IMG/VR virus record: IMGVR_UViG_3300046780_000148
Coordinates: 1 to 64,000 of that record
Length of the DNA: 64,000 nt
Source of the DNA: a virus
Direction: 5' to 3' (one strand)
Shown here: positions 29,445 to 40,128 of the stretch, piece after piece
How positions within the stretch are numbered: position 1 is the first letter of the stretch
Layout: every line of letters starts with the position of its first letter
Notes under the pieces: model-generated
Database searches by the model: none
Seen by the model: the letters and a program-made list of their open reading frames with translations, nothing else
What the model was told of the DNA's origin: nothing
Program-made: the position numbers and the translations under genes

Positions 29445-29481
29445 TTGACATCTTGTAGAACCTTGTGACCCCGAGTATAAT
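29445..29481 (+). promoter_or_regulatory. Second-class promoter upstream of recombination/replication genes
   Basis: TTGACATC-TTGTAG-17-TATAAT, then AAGGAGG RBS. Confidence 0.65.
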
Positions 29482-29504
29482 TAGTTTAAGGAGGAAATAA
29501 AAAA

Positions 29505-30845
29505 TTGCTAACGATTAAATCCCTCAAAGACGTAAACGATTACATCACAGAAAATCTCGTACACAGTATTCACGTATCAGAACGCAAGAGCTTCCGAGGA
29601 TGTCGCCGACGTCACAACTGGGTGTATAGGGATCTGTACTACCCCACGATGACTGCCAAGCCCCTCGAGTTCGGTATTGCGTATCACGCTGCGGCCGAAC
29701 ACTGGTACAATCCAGAGACGTGGAACATCGACAACGAGTCCCGTGAACTGGAAACTATCCTGGTCTTCAAGAAGCACTGCATGGACCAGATGGATGACTA
29801 CAAGAAGAAACACTTGCCGGAGTGGGAAGTCCTCGACGATGAAATCGTAAAGGACTACGACGAGCGCGTTGAGCTTGGGTTCGCTATGCTCAAGCAGATG
29901 TTCACTACATCCTACGAGATCGACGAAGAGTATCGTCCGGTCGGGGTAGAGGTTCCGTTCGAAGTCCCTATCAAGGATTCTGACGGCAACGACATCTGGT
30001 GCAAGTGCCAACGCTGCTGGAAGAAGTACGTAGCGTTCGTAGCCAAGCAGTGGTCCGACTGGGAAGCCATTTGCAATGATGGCGAATCTAAGGTGCTTCC
30101 CCCGAAGCCTTCTCTGGTCATTAGCGAACTCGAGTACAGAGGGGGCTCGTGGAAGATTTGGATGGGACTCCCAGTCACTCTGGGCGGCAGAATTGATGCA
30201 CTCTTCCAGGACAAGTATGGTCGATACTGGATCGTAGACTGGAAGACAGCTGCGCGGCTTTCCGTCGGTGAACCTGGATCGCCCGACGACTTCCTCTGGC
30301 TTGACGATCAGATCACCTCATACTGTTGGGCCCTGTGGTTGTTGGGGATCGACGTTGCCGGGTTCATTTATCATGAGCAGAAGAAGGCAATGCTCGAAGA
30401 GCCTGAGCCTATGTCTCGTAGGTACAAGGGTTGTCTGTACAGCCAGAACAAGCAGAAGAACTTTGACGCCACCGCGTACGAAGCAACGGTCAAGATCTTT
30501 GATCCCGAAGCCTATCATGCAGGCCTGTATACGGATTTCATTTTCCACCTGCAAACGGACGTGGGTGCGTTCTATAAGCGACACACCATCCACCGCAACG
30601 AGAATGAGCTGATCGAAGCAGGCATTAATATTGCCCTCGAGGCTCTCGACATGACAGATCCTAACCTTCGGATCTATCCCAGTCCTGGACGATTTGCTTG
30701 TGGCTATTGTGCCTTCAAAGAACCTTGCCTAGGCAAGAATCGTGGTGAAGACTACGTCTACACCTTAGACACGATGTTCGAAAAGCGTACGAAGTTGTAC
30801 TATGAGACCGCAGCACCTAATACTGACAAGCCGAGTCGATCATGA
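29505..30845 (+). CDS. Cas4/RecB-like PD-(D/E)XK exonuclease with 4Fe-4S-type Cys
   Basis: N-terminal GCRR, GRIDAL, IVDWKT, QxxxY, C-terminal CGYCAFKEPC. Confidence 0.88.
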   Translation: MLTIKSLKDVNDYITENLVHSIHVSERKSFRGCRRRHNWVYRDLYYPTMTAKPLEFGIAYHAAAEHWYNPETWNIDNESRELETILVFKKHCMDQMDDYKKKHLPEWEVLDDEIVKDYDERVELGFAMLKQMFTTSYEIDEEYRPVGVEVPFEVPIKDSDGNDIWCKCQRCWKKYVAFVAKQWSDWEAICNDGESKVLPPKPSLVISELEYRGGSWKIWMGLPVTLGGRIDALFQDKYGRYWIVDWKTAARLSVGEPGSPDDFLWLDDQITSYCWALWLLGIDVAGFIYHEQKKAMLEEPEPMSRRYKGCLYSQNKQKNFDATAYEATVKIFDPEAYHAGLYTDFIFHLQTDVGAFYKRHTIHRNENELIEAGINIALEALDMTDPNLRIYPSPGRFACGYCAFKEPCLGKNRGEDYVYTLDTMFEKRTKLYYETAAPNTDKPSRS

Positions 30846-31660
30846 CACCGGAACAGCATAGAGTTCTGATGAAAGAGATGCTGAAGCTTCGATGGCCCGA
30901 AGCCATACCGTTGGCTATCTTTTTGGTCATCACGGCCTTTCCGTTGAATGGCGTTGGGATATTCATTGCTGGAACCTCATTCGGTATTAGCATAACTATC
31001 CATGTATATAAGTGCCTTCGTATAGCAAAAGAATGGACGGAGAAGAACAATGCAGCGCCTTAAGATCACAGCTGTTACGTACACCGAAGTGGATGAAACT
31101 GATACGCAGGCTTGGAATCTTCAAGATGGATCGCCTGCAGACATTATGCTCCGACAACTTCAAGAGGGCGAAGTCTACATCGAAGAGATTGCAGAGGCCC
31201 ACTACAACGATGAAGATATGTTGAATGTCATGACCTTCACAGTCGAGGTAGTCGATGCCTGAGATCAATATGGTGGGACTTACTAAGTACACCTTTGACG
31301 AACTTTCAGAATCTTGTCAAGCAGAACTTCGCCTCGTTGTAGAAGGTCTAGCGTTAGCCAATCCTGATTGGCTCGGTATGCAAATCACTATCGAGTACAT
31401 GGACGCCGAGAAGGCTTACTTGACGTGCAAGGTGGCGATGCCCAGTGTCGAGTGACGAAGAAGACCGCGCAGCCTTCGAGAAACTGGTTGCCTCCATTCC
31501 TCTAAGCATCCTTGGTGAGTATGCTGCAATCCTTCGTGAGCTGTACGAAGCCTTTGTGGGTGTAGACTTTACTGAAGATCAAGCTATGCAATTCGTGCTA
31601 GTTCAATGGACTGAAACCATCCGTGGCGGGATCGTTCAAGGTGGAGGTACGGTAGCATGA
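30842..31660 (+). other. Four small hypothetical genes (30842-31063 membrane, 31050-31262, 31255-31455, 31445-31660)
   Basis: Overlapping coupled ORFs; two TM segments in the first. Confidence 0.6.
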
Positions 31661-32478
31661 CGGCTCCAGCTAGAATCACGCCAACGTCTCTCGGCGGACT
31701 TAAGCTTGCACGTGTTGCTGATATGGCTCCCCGCATCAACGGTCTCATCTATGGCGAGCCAGGTGTTGGTAAGACTGTCTTGCTAGGCTCCTGCGATGCG
31801 GTTCCTGAGATGCGCAAGATGCTCATCCTAGACGTTGATGGTGGTACCTTGTCGATCAAGGATAGCTACCCGAACGTTGAGCGTTTGCAGATTACTAAGT
31901 TTGCTCAGCTGCAAAGGGTGTACGACGACCTATTCAACGATGCAGGTCACGGCTTCCAAACCGTTGCTATTGATACGGGTACGGAAGCGCAGAAGATCAA
32001 TATGAACGTTATCATGGCAAAGGCTGTTGCAGCCGCCGCTGATAAGGGTGAGGTTCGCGACCCTGAAGTTCCATCCTTCCGCGAGTGGGGAATCTCGGGA
32101 GAACAGATGCGTGGACTCATTCGAGCCTATCGCGATCTGCCTATGAACTTCTTCATGACTTGTCACGTTAAGGATGACAAGAATGAGCAGACAGGTGCAG
32201 TTAAGAAGTCGCCAGATCTGCCTGGTAAGCTTGCACGTCAGATTCCAGGCTTCTTCGACCTGTGCTTGTACATGTATTCAAAAGAAATCGAAAAGGATGG
32301 TGAGAAGAAAGACCTACGACTCCTATGCTCAGCAGCGACCGAGAAAATCGTAGCAAAGGATCGAAGCGCTAAGTTGCCTAAGATCATTCAGCAGGCGAAC
32401 ATGAAGTACATCTACACCACTGTAACGAGTCCTAAGAAAGAAATCGCACCAGTTAAGAAAGAGGCTGTAACAGTATGA
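31657..32478 (+). CDS. AAA ATPase, Sak4/AAA_24-like recombination protein
   Basis: IYGEPGVGKT, TVAIDTGTE, MTCH, AKDR. Confidence 0.85.
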   Translation: MTAPARITPTSLGGLKLARVADMAPRINGLIYGEPGVGKTVLLGSCDAVPEMRKMLILDVDGGTLSIKDSYPNVERLQITKFAQLQRVYDDLFNDAGHGFQTVAIDTGTEAQKINMNVIMAKAVAAAADKGEVRDPEVPSFREWGISGEQMRGLIRAYRDLPMNFFMTCHVKDDKNEQTGAVKKSPDLPGKLARQIPGFFDLCLYMYSKEIEKDGEKKDLRLLCSAATEKIVAKDRSAKLPKIIQQANMKYIYTTVTSPKKEIAPVKKEAVTV

Positions 32479-33143
32479 CTACCGACACCGTAGAAGACAT
32501 GAACGACCCGCGGGATGCTCGTGACGAGATCAACGCGGACGCTTACAACGACGAGCTGAGTGCTTCGGCCGTTGCCGATACTCCTGCCTGGGCTGTTGAC
32601 GGCGATGCTATGGACGATCTCGTTAGCGAGCAGGACCTTTCTCCAGGAGGCTCGTGGCTGAGCGACGGCTCGGATGGCGAAGAGGAATTCGACCTCACTA
32701 CCCTTCGTGTCAACTTCTCGCAGGCAGAAGCCGAGGCAGAATCGCTTCCGGATCTTCCGGCGGGACGCTACCTCGTTGCCATTACCGAAGTCAAGATCAA
32801 GCGTTCGACTTCGGTGAAGAACCCGGGCAAGCCGTACTACAACCTGACGTACACTATTCAGGAAGGTAAGTACAAGAACCGTAAGCTGTACGATAACGTG
32901 ATGCTGTTCGATGGCGCTCTGTACTCGTACACGCAGCTCGCTAAGGCACTGGGTAACTCTGTTACGGCTGGTAACTCCAACGTTCTCCAGCCGCAGGACC
33001 TTATGGGTTCGATCTTCGTTGCCAAGGTTGTTATGAGCCCCGCCAAGGGTGAGTACGCAGCGCGCAACGAGGTCAAGGGTTACTTCCCCGCCAAGATCGG
33101 CGTTGGCAGTACCTCTGCGGGTAGCAACAGCCTCGAGCCGTAA
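32475..33143 (+). CDS. DUF669-like single-stranded DNA-binding protein
   Basis: LPAGRYLVAITEV...EGKYKNRKLYD...RNEVKGY; follows Sak4-like ATPase. Confidence 0.75.
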   Translation: MTTDTVEDMNDPRDARDEINADAYNDELSASAVADTPAWAVDGDAMDDLVSEQDLSPGGSWLSDGSDGEEEFDLTTLRVNFSQAEAEAESLPDLPAGRYLVAITEVKIKRSTSVKNPGKPYYNLTYTIQEGKYKNRKLYDNVMLFDGALYSYTQLAKALGNSVTAGNSNVLQPQDLMGSIFVAKVVMSPAKGEYAARNEVKGYFPAKIGVGSTSAGSNSLEP

Positions 33144-33238
33144 GATCTGATAGTTTGGTAGTCTTGGTCGGATCCCTAATTGTTGGTAGCTTTAGGGGTC
33201 CGACCATTCCATATTCCTTCTACGCCGTATGATAGGAG

Positions 33239-35422
33239 GTGAAAGTGACATCTGAGGTAACACGACAAGCGTTCTTCCGATTGGCATACGGTCGCCATGA
33301 AGGTTGGGCCTGCATTGGTTTGCTGCAACGCGGTGCAGGTAAAATGAATGAGCGCTGGTTCCACCTGCCAACCCAATTCAATGATATGCTAGAACTCATC
33401 GATAGGCTTGCAATAAATGATCGCATCGATGTGTACTACTGTCCCCAACTCTTCGAAAGCAAGTCACGTAGAAAAGACAACGTTAAGATCGCACCAACCC
33501 TTTGGGCAGACCTTGACGAATGCAATCCAACGGAGATGGAAGAAAGACCTTCCCTCGTTGTAGAAACAAGTCCAGAAAGATTCCAGGGCCTGTGGATTTT
33601 GGAGAACGGCCTACCCGGTGACAAAGCTGCGGAACTTAGTAAGAGGATCGCATACAAGTACGCCGACCAAGGCTGCGATCGTTCCGGCTGGGACTTAACT
33701 CAACTTCTACGCGTACCTGGTACCAGGAATAATAAGTACATCAATACAGATACAGGTGCAGCAATAACTCGCATCGTCGGTGATGGAAGCCATTCTATCT
33801 ATCGCGAGAACGAGTTTGATGATCTACCCCCCGTTACGCTGTCGGACTATGAGAAGATTCCTTTCCCCGAGAAGTTCCCCCCGGGCACTGGTCGCGACAT
33901 CATGGAGATCTTCCGATTCAAACTTACACAAAAAACCTTTCAAAGATTCGAGACCATCCCAGAAGGTGATTGGTCTCGTGAGCTGTTTGCACTAGAGATG
34001 TCTTGCTACGAAGCAGGTATGAGTCGCGAACAAGTTTATAAAGTCGTAACCGATGCAGCATGTAATAAATTTGCACGTGCAGGTCTTGGTGAGAATCACG
34101 TATGGGGTGAGGTATGTAGAGCTTATGGAAGACACACAGAGAACCTCGAAAAAGTTCAAATCATCACTAAGAAGGATGAGCCACTACTTACGGACGAAGA
34201 GCGTTCTAGCGTTGAAAACGTCCGTACGTTTGTTGAAGACTATATTGACTGGGCAAGTAAGCTCGGAGACGCTGCCGTTCAGTATCACCAGGGCGGAGCT
34301 TTTATTATACTTAGCGCTCTTCTTGCTGGAAGCGTTTCTCTTCCTACATCCTTCGGTAGGGTAGTGCCTAATCTTTGGTTTATGATCCTTGCAGACACTA
34401 CCTTGACACGTAAGTCGACAGCAATGGATATCGCAGTTGACTTGTTAGTGGAGGTTGATCCAGATGCGATCATGGCAACGGATGGTTCCATCGAAGGTCT
34501 GATGCAGGGACTATCAACTCGTCCTGGTAGGCCATCGGTATTCTTGCGAGACGAGTTCAGTGGACTAATCGAACAGATCACCAAGAAGGACTACTATGCT
34601 GGAATGGCAGAGACTCTCACCAAACTGTATGATGGTAAGATGCAGAAGAGACTGCTCCGCAAGGAGATTATCGAGGTGCGAGATCCTGTACTTGTATTGT
34701 TTGCTGGAGGTATTAAATCGCGCGTACAACAACTACTCAAACTCGATCACATCAGTTCCGGATTCATCCCACGTTTCCTTTTCCTTACAGCAGAGTCCGA
34801 TATCTCAAAGGTCCAGCCTCTTGGACCACCAACACTTCTTGACACTTCAGGCAAGGCAGAACTACTTCAACAGATGATCGACATGCGTCAGTTCTATCAT
34901 GGCTTCTTTGAACTGACTATTGAAGGTGGTAAGAAGATTGAAATGCCCAAGCGGTGGGAAGCAGAACTAACTCCTGCTGCTTGGACTAGATATAACAAGT
35001 TCGAGAAGCAACTAACAGGTGCAGGTATGAAGACAGAACGACCTGACCTAATGACACCATTGTTCGACCGACTTGCTAAGTCAACACTTAAGGCAATTGT
35101 ACTCCTAGCAGCATCACGTAGAAAGGGTGATGATGTCATCATTGATGTGGATGATGTCCTTCTAGGAATCAAGTATGCAGAGGGTTGGCAGAACTACGCC
35201 ATCGAAGTTGTTAACGGCATTGGTATGTCGATCGTTGAAACACAGATGGATAACATCCTAGGTAACATTAGAAAGCATCCGGGGATTAGTCGTTCCGTTC
35301 TAATGAGAACGTATCGTCTTTCAGCACGAGAAGCGGATGCTATCTTCATTACACTAGAGCAGCGTGGCCTAGTTACGAAATCACTGGCAGGTAAAGGCGT
35401 GGCTTACAACGCCCTCATGTAG
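33239..35422 (+). CDS. RepB-like primase fused to DUF3987-like helicase/ATPase
   Basis: LWADLD, TSPERFQGLW, LRVPGTRNNK; C-terminal TRKSTA, RDEF, LYDG, GFIPRF. Confidence 0.85.
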   Translation: MKVTSEVTRQAFFRLAYGRHEGWACIGLLQRGAGKMNERWFHLPTQFNDMLELIDRLAINDRIDVYYCPQLFESKSRRKDNVKIAPTLWADLDECNPTEMEERPSLVVETSPERFQGLWILENGLPGDKAAELSKRIAYKYADQGCDRSGWDLTQLLRVPGTRNNKYINTDTGAAITRIVGDGSHSIYRENEFDDLPPVTLSDYEKIPFPEKFPPGTGRDIMEIFRFKLTQKTFQRFETIPEGDWSRELFALEMSCYEAGMSREQVYKVVTDAACNKFARAGLGENHVWGEVCRAYGRHTENLEKVQIITKKDEPLLTDEERSSVENVRTFVEDYIDWASKLGDAAVQYHQGGAFIILSALLAGSVSLPTSFGRVVPNLWFMILADTTLTRKSTAMDIAVDLLVEVDPDAIMATDGSIEGLMQGLSTRPGRPSVFLRDEFSGLIEQITKKDYYAGMAETLTKLYDGKMQKRLLRKEIIEVRDPVLVLFAGGIKSRVQQLLKLDHISSGFIPRFLFLTAESDISKVQPLGPPTLLDTSGKAELLQQMIDMRQFYHGFFELTIEGGKKIEMPKRWEAELTPAAWTRYNKFEKQLTGAGMKTERPDLMTPLFDRLAKSTLKAIVLLAASRRKGDDVIIDVDDVLLGIKYAEGWQNYAIEVVNGIGMSIVETQMDNILGNIRKHPGISRSVLMRTYRLSAREADAIFITLEQRGLVTKSLAGKGVAYNALM

Positions 35423-35430
35423 GAGAGAAC

Positions 35431-36336
35431 ATGCGAGACCGATCTGAAATCCTTGATACCGTCACTGACTCCGTCGCCATCGTTTCGGGCGGCATGGATT
35501 CCATCACCATGCTGTACGATATGATTACTAACGGACTTACTCCTCGGGTACTGTCCTTCAACTATGGTCAGCGGCACAAGAAGGAATTGGACTACGCACG
35601 TATCCACGCAGACCGAATGGGACTCCCGCACAACATCGTTGATCTAAGTTCGATCACACACCTGATCAGCAATAGTGCTTTGACTTCTCCTTATGACATT
35701 ATGGAAGGTCGAGCAATTGACGTTCCCGAAGGTCACTATGCAGCAGACAACATGGCACTTACGGTTGTTCCGAATCGTAATATGATCATGGCCGCGATCG
35801 CTGCAGGCGTTGCAGTCAACGATAAGGCATGTACGATCGGTATTGGTATCCACGCCGGAGATCACTACCAGTATCCGGACTGCCGTCCGGAGTTCATCAA
35901 GGCGCTCGAGCACTGCATCCTCGTTGCTACGAACGGCTTCAACAACTTCAAGGCCGGCTATAGCACAAGCAAGTCACTTGCCTCCGATCCGATTAAGTAC
36001 CAGCAGGCAGAACTCGACATCTTTGGCGGTGTGGAAGGTCAATTCGGCATGGCTGAAGTAGGTACTATCTATGCACCCTTCCTAATGAAGACCAAGGCAG
36101 ACATCGCATTCATGGCGCTCGAGATGCAGATCCCTCTTGACCTGACCTGGTCTTGCTACAAGGGCGGCGACGTCCACTGTGGTCGTTGCGGTACTTGTGT
36201 TGAGCGCCTTGAGGCTATTGCTGAAGCAGGTGCCAAGATGAACGAATCAATGATGACTTGGGAAGACAACACAATCTATGCAGACACCGAGTTCTGGAAG
36301 GCTACGGTCAAACCGGCTACCCCCGAAGACGTGTAG
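35431..36336 (+). CDS. queC: 7-cyano-7-deazaguanine synthase
   Basis: SGGMDS, FNYGQRH, VPNRN, YPDCRPEF, TWSCY...HCGRCGTC. Confidence 0.95.
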   Translation: MRDRSEILDTVTDSVAIVSGGMDSITMLYDMITNGLTPRVLSFNYGQRHKKELDYARIHADRMGLPHNIVDLSSITHLISNSALTSPYDIMEGRAIDVPEGHYAADNMALTVVPNRNMIMAAIAAGVAVNDKACTIGIGIHAGDHYQYPDCRPEFIKALEHCILVATNGFNNFKAGYSTSKSLASDPIKYQQAELDIFGGVEGQFGMAEVGTIYAPFLMKTKADIAFMALEMQIPLDLTWSCYKGGDVHCGRCGTCVERLEAIAEAGAKMNESMMTWEDNTIYADTEFWKATVKPATPEDV

Positions 36337-36369
36337 ATCTCCACAGGACGCGACAGATGGGAATGTGTA

Positions 36370-36849
36370 ATGAGAGAACCTACTGAAGGACTGGCACACG
36401 TAGAAGGTGTTGCACCTCCTAAGGTTGCAATGTCTCCATACGAAAAAACAGCGCCATGTAAGGGCTGTAGCACAGTCAAGCCGGTTAGTTGTTACTGTAC
36501 AACAAAGGGTTGCCCAGAAGCTCAGCCGACTGATGAAGACGAATCGACGTTCGAGGCACATCTCGAAGGTATGGATTGTGGTCGTCGTCCGTGTAAGACT
36601 TGTGAAGCACCACCTAGGCTTGCTGCAGCATCAGAACAACCTATGCCGGATAACAATCATAGCTACATGACACCTATCGGCGATATGGTCATCGAAGATA
36701 TCAAAGCACGAATGGCAGTAGGGATACAGACCTATGGCACCTATCTTCGACCCCACAACGGTCGCAACGCTCTTCTCGACGCTTATCAAGAAGCTCTTGA
36801 CCTCGCGTGCTACCTGAAGCAACGCCTCGTAGAGGAAGGCATTCTGTAA
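36370..36849 (+). CDS. Cys-rich N-terminus + putative all-alpha NTP pyrophosphohydrolase-like domain
   Basis: ARMAVGIQTYG...DAYQEALDLACY, resembling 39863-40126. Confidence 0.55.
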   Translation: MREPTEGLAHVEGVAPPKVAMSPYEKTAPCKGCSTVKPVSCYCTTKGCPEAQPTDEDESTFEAHLEGMDCGRRPCKTCEAPPRLAAASEQPMPDNNHSYMTPIGDMVIEDIKARMAVGIQTYGTYLRPHNGRNALLDAYQEALDLACYLKQRLVEEGIL

Positions 36850-37067
36850 TGCAGGTAGGTAAAGAACCCACATTTACCATCCGCGCTCGTGACGACCTTA
36901 TCGTTGCTACGCTAACCAAGTACGCCTTCCTGTGTGAGAACGAAGGACTGGTGGATCAGGCAGCCGAAGTAGATAAGGCACTAGAGGAAATTATTCACTG
37001 GCGCGCAACTAATCCTGAACTGTGTAAGCTCCCTAATCACAAGCACATTCCTGTCAAGGAGAGGTAA
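36849..37067 (+). CDS. Hypothetical protein
   Basis: TAATG coupling at both ends; EPTFTIRARD. Confidence 0.65.
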   Translation: MQVGKEPTFTIRARDDLIVATLTKYAFLCENEGLVDQAAEVDKALEEIIHWRATNPELCKLPNHKHIPVKER

Positions 37068-37570
37068 TGGAAATCTTTGTAACGCACAATATGGAAGTAG
37101 CACACCGACTCTTCTTGCAGCCTGGTAAGTGTCAGCAGATCCATGGGCACAGTATGGAAGTAACTCTTAACCTCCGTGGTGATGTCAATAAGGATGGCAT
37201 CTTCGAAGGACTTGACTTCGGATACATCAAGAAGCACTTCCGTGCCTACCTCGATCACATGTACGATCACCACTTGCTTCTGAACAAGGACGACCCGTGG
37301 GCAACACGCCTTTGGCATCGACCTAGTCGTGATGACAGCCCGCCCAGTCCTGAAGCTGCATGGCTAGCAGAGCCATCACATCTACCAGGTCTCGTTCCTT
37401 GCGATGGAGATCCGACTACGGAGAACCTCGCCAAGTGGATCTGCTCTTGGGCGTACGACATGTTCCGACTCGAATGCAGTGTAACCATCCAAGAGACAAT
37501 GACGAACGGTGCATCGTTCTCTAGTAATGATTTGCCTCCGCTGAATGATGGTAACGACTATGACGTCTGA
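37067..37570 (+). CDS. queD: 6-carboxy-5,6,7,8-tetrahydropterin synthase
   Basis: AHRL, CQQIHGHS, LDFG, YDH, PTTENLA. Confidence 0.92.
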   Translation: MEIFVTHNMEVAHRLFLQPGKCQQIHGHSMEVTLNLRGDVNKDGIFEGLDFGYIKKHFRAYLDHMYDHHLLLNKDDPWATRLWHRPSRDDSPPSPEAAWLAEPSHLPGLVPCDGDPTTENLAKWICSWAYDMFRLECSVTIQETMTNGASFSSNDLPPLNDGNDYDV

Positions 37571-37814
37571 GTACGAAGACAAAGCGAACGAGTTCTTCGG
37601 TCTTGAACTCGCTACAGCTGTACGAGAAGGACTTGTCGTACGAGGATTCAATCCGGCAGATAGCTATGCGTTGGAGATTACTCCAGAACTTGCGGCACAG
37701 GAACATGAACAGAATCTTACTCCAGGCTTCCACATCTTCGCAGAAGGCCTTCCCGTAGGAATTATCGATCTCGAAAAGACAAAGGTGTCATGGCAAAATG
37801 ACAATCAAAATTAG
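37560..37814 (+). CDS. Hypothetical protein
   Basis: Overlaps queD end and queE start. Confidence 0.55.
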   Translation: MTSEYEDKANEFFGLELATAVREGLVVRGFNPADSYALEITPELAAQEHEQNLTPGFHIFAEGLPVGIIDLEKTKVSWQNDNQN

Positions 37815-38553
37815 TCACATCTTTGGGCCGACTATTCAGGGTGAAGGTTCAGCTGCTGGAAGGCACTGCCTCTTCGTTCGTGTGTACAACTGCAACCTAG
37901 AATGCACCTGGTGTGATACTGCTTACACGTGGGCAGACACTCCCACTAAGGCCGAGAAGACTATCTCTGGCGAGCTCTTCGATCGGAACGAACCCAAGTA
38001 CGGCCTTAAGAAAATGTCTGTACGAGAAGTTCTGGAAGCGCTACGCTGCCTGTGGGACATCGAGAACATGCCAACCATTATTGTCGTATCAGGTGGCGAG
38101 CCTATGATGCAGCAGGCAGAACTACTTCCCTTGCTACGAATTCTTACCTCCTACGGTCACGAAGTACACATTGAGACCGCAGGCACTATCGCACCCACCA
38201 AAGAGTTCAATAGTGTTGTTACACAGTACAACTGTTCACCAAAGCTCTTGCACAGTGGCAACGTCCTCTCGAAGAGATTCAAGCCAATTGTGATTAAGGC
38301 TATCAACGACACGAATAAGGCCTGGTTCAAGTTTGTCGTTAGTGATGATATCGATGTGTGCTTCGAAGAGATTGCACATATCGCGACGACATGCGATCTT
38401 CCTTACGACCGTATTATGGTTATGCCAGAAGGTTCTACTCCCTCTGAAAATATTGCACTAGCGCAGAAGATTGTCGACCGTGCCCTAGTTCGTGGTTGGG
38501 GCCTTTCATTCCGTACGCACGTCCTTTTGTGGGGAGACGATAAAGACAAATGA
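37798..38553 (+). CDS. queE: 7-carboxy-7-deazaguanine synthase (radical SAM)
   Basis: TIQGEG, CNLECTWCD, SGGEP, IETAGT, SPKL, FKFVV. Confidence 0.93.
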   Translation: MTIKISHIFGPTIQGEGSAAGRHCLFVRVYNCNLECTWCDTAYTWADTPTKAEKTISGELFDRNEPKYGLKKMSVREVLEALRCLWDIENMPTIIVVSGGEPMMQQAELLPLLRILTSYGHEVHIETAGTIAPTKEFNSVVTQYNCSPKLLHSGNVLSKRFKPIVIKAINDTNKAWFKFVVSDDIDVCFEEIAHIATTCDLPYDRIMVMPEGSTPSENIALAQKIVDRALVRGWGLSFRTHVLLWGDDKDK

Positions 38554-38888
38554 CTACTAAGCCTAATACCCAATATGAAGTCCGCAAGGGCTTCCGCAGC
38601 TCTAAGAAGTTCCTTACCAAATCCCAAGTAGCGGCCCTAGTCTCCGATGGATATATTGTCACTCCTGTGGAGCTCTTGGCTGGCGCAGGACGGGTGATTG
38701 ATAACTACGAATCTGTTCTTGCGAGTGGTCTTTCTAAGGGACACATTCGAGGCTTCGAGAACATCAAGGCCGTACGTAAGTGGCACGGACGTACTAAGTG
38801 TGTTCCGCACCAGATCAAGACACACGTACGTTTCGTCAAGGATGACAACGTGTACTACTACCCGCGCTACACGGAGGTCGCAGTCTAA
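38550..38888 (+). CDS. Basic hypothetical protein within preQ0 cluster
   Basis: ATGA and TAATG coupling. Confidence 0.65.
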   Translation: MTTKPNTQYEVRKGFRSSKKFLTKSQVAALVSDGYIVTPVELLAGAGRVIDNYESVLASGLSKGHIRGFENIKAVRKWHGRTKCVPHQIKTHVRFVKDDNVYYYPRYTEVAV

Positions 38889-39481
38889 TGGAATTCGTTT
38901 GCGAAGCAGGATTGATCCTTAAGAAGTATGCGCATCTCAATCTCGAAGATGAGCACGGAGCAGACACACCTGATCGTTTCCTTCGTATGCTTGCAGAGAT
39001 CACTCGATGCGCACCTAGCAGCGATACGGATGACCTTGATATGCACATCGAGTACTGTATCAAGTGGAAGGACTTCCCCGCTGAAAGCAATGACTTGGTT
39101 CTCGTTGCACGAATTCCCTTTGTTAGCGTCTGCAACCACCACGTTCTTCCCTTTACAGGTACCGCAGATATTGCTTACATCCCTCGTGAAGATGGAAGAA
39201 TGGCCGGACTATCCAAGTTCGGTCGAGTTGTTCAGCACTTCGCACGGCAGCTCCAGACACAAGAGCGACTGACTAGGCAGATTAGTGAGTTCTTGGATAG
39301 TCGCCTTGAGCCTGAAGGCCTTGCAGTGGTACTTCGTGCAGAGCACACGTGCATGACGATTCGGGGACTGCAGGCTCCTGGCACGCTAACGACAACCTCA
39401 TCCATGATGGGTGCGTTCGCTGATCACGCGCGTACTGCAAAGGCGGAGTTCCTTTCAATCATTAATGGTAGCGCTCGATGA
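38888..39481 (+). CDS. folE: GTP cyclohydrolase I
   Basis: TPDR, SVCNHHVLPF, GLSK, QERLT, HTCMTIRG. Confidence 0.93.
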   Translation: MEFVCEAGLILKKYAHLNLEDEHGADTPDRFLRMLAEITRCAPSSDTDDLDMHIEYCIKWKDFPAESNDLVLVARIPFVSVCNHHVLPFTGTADIAYIPREDGRMAGLSKFGRVVQHFARQLQTQERLTRQISEFLDSRLEPEGLAVVLRAEHTCMTIRGLQAPGTLTTTSSMMGAFADHARTAKAEFLSIINGSAR

Positions 39482-39888
39482 ACAACGACTACGATGCACA
39501 GTATAGGCCCGGACGAAATAGTCGAGGAGATACAATTCCAATGGTTGCCGATACTGGAAAGGCTTTGAACAATCGTGCGCTCGAGGCCTTTGCTGACAAC
39601 GTCGATTGGTTTCCTGACCTTGCACACGACGTTGTTCATCACGCTCTAGGTCTGTGTGGCGAGGCTGGCGAGGTTGCCAACGAAGTCAAGAAGTTCGATC
39701 GACGTTCCTTCTCTCAGCAAGAACTGATCGAGAAGCTCAAGGGTGAATTGCCTGACGTTCTCGTGTACGTGTTTAGTATTGCCGGCATGTTCAACATCGA
39801 TTTGGAAGAGGCATACGATGCAAAGCGACGATTCAATGCAAAGCGATTCCAGTCAAGCGACGATGGACTTTCAAGCACTGGCGAATGA
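39478..39888 (+). CDS. MazG-like nucleotide pyrophosphohydrolase
   Basis: LGLCGEAGEVANEVKK...ELPDVLVY. Confidence 0.88.
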   Translation: MNNDYDAQYRPGRNSRGDTIPMVADTGKALNNRALEAFADNVDWFPDLAHDVVHHALGLCGEAGEVANEVKKFDRRSFSQQELIEKLKGELPDVLVYVFSIAGMFNIDLEEAYDAKRRFNAKRFQSSDDGLSSTGE

Positions 39889-40126
39889 GGCTAACGCACT
39901 CTTCGACAAGCAGTGCATTGCTCGGCACATTATGGGCGAAGAGAAGTACGGACCTGTAAAGTTCCTGGAAGTGAACACGCTAGTTGAAGCTAGTGAAGAA
40001 CTTGTCGACATAGCAAACTATGCACGCTACACATTCATCAAACTGTTTATCCTCAATGCACAAATTGATAGGGTTCAGGGTCAGCTACCCGACATGCTCG
40101 GTGCACAAAGTTTCATGAAAGGTTAG
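39863..40126 (+). CDS. Small putative NTP pyrophosphohydrolase-like protein
   Basis: RHIMGEEKYG...EASEELVDIANY (EExxD motif). Confidence 0.55.
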   Translation: MDFQALANEANALFDKQCIARHIMGEEKYGPVKFLEVNTLVEASEELVDIANYARYTFIKLFILNAQIDRVQGQLPDMLGAQSFMKG

Positions 40127-40128
40127 AC

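Noticed and set aside
29505-30845. Cas4-like gene as sign of a CRISPR system
   Set aside because: No repeat-spacer array or other cas genes were seen; its context (ATPase, SSB) is a standard phage recombination module.
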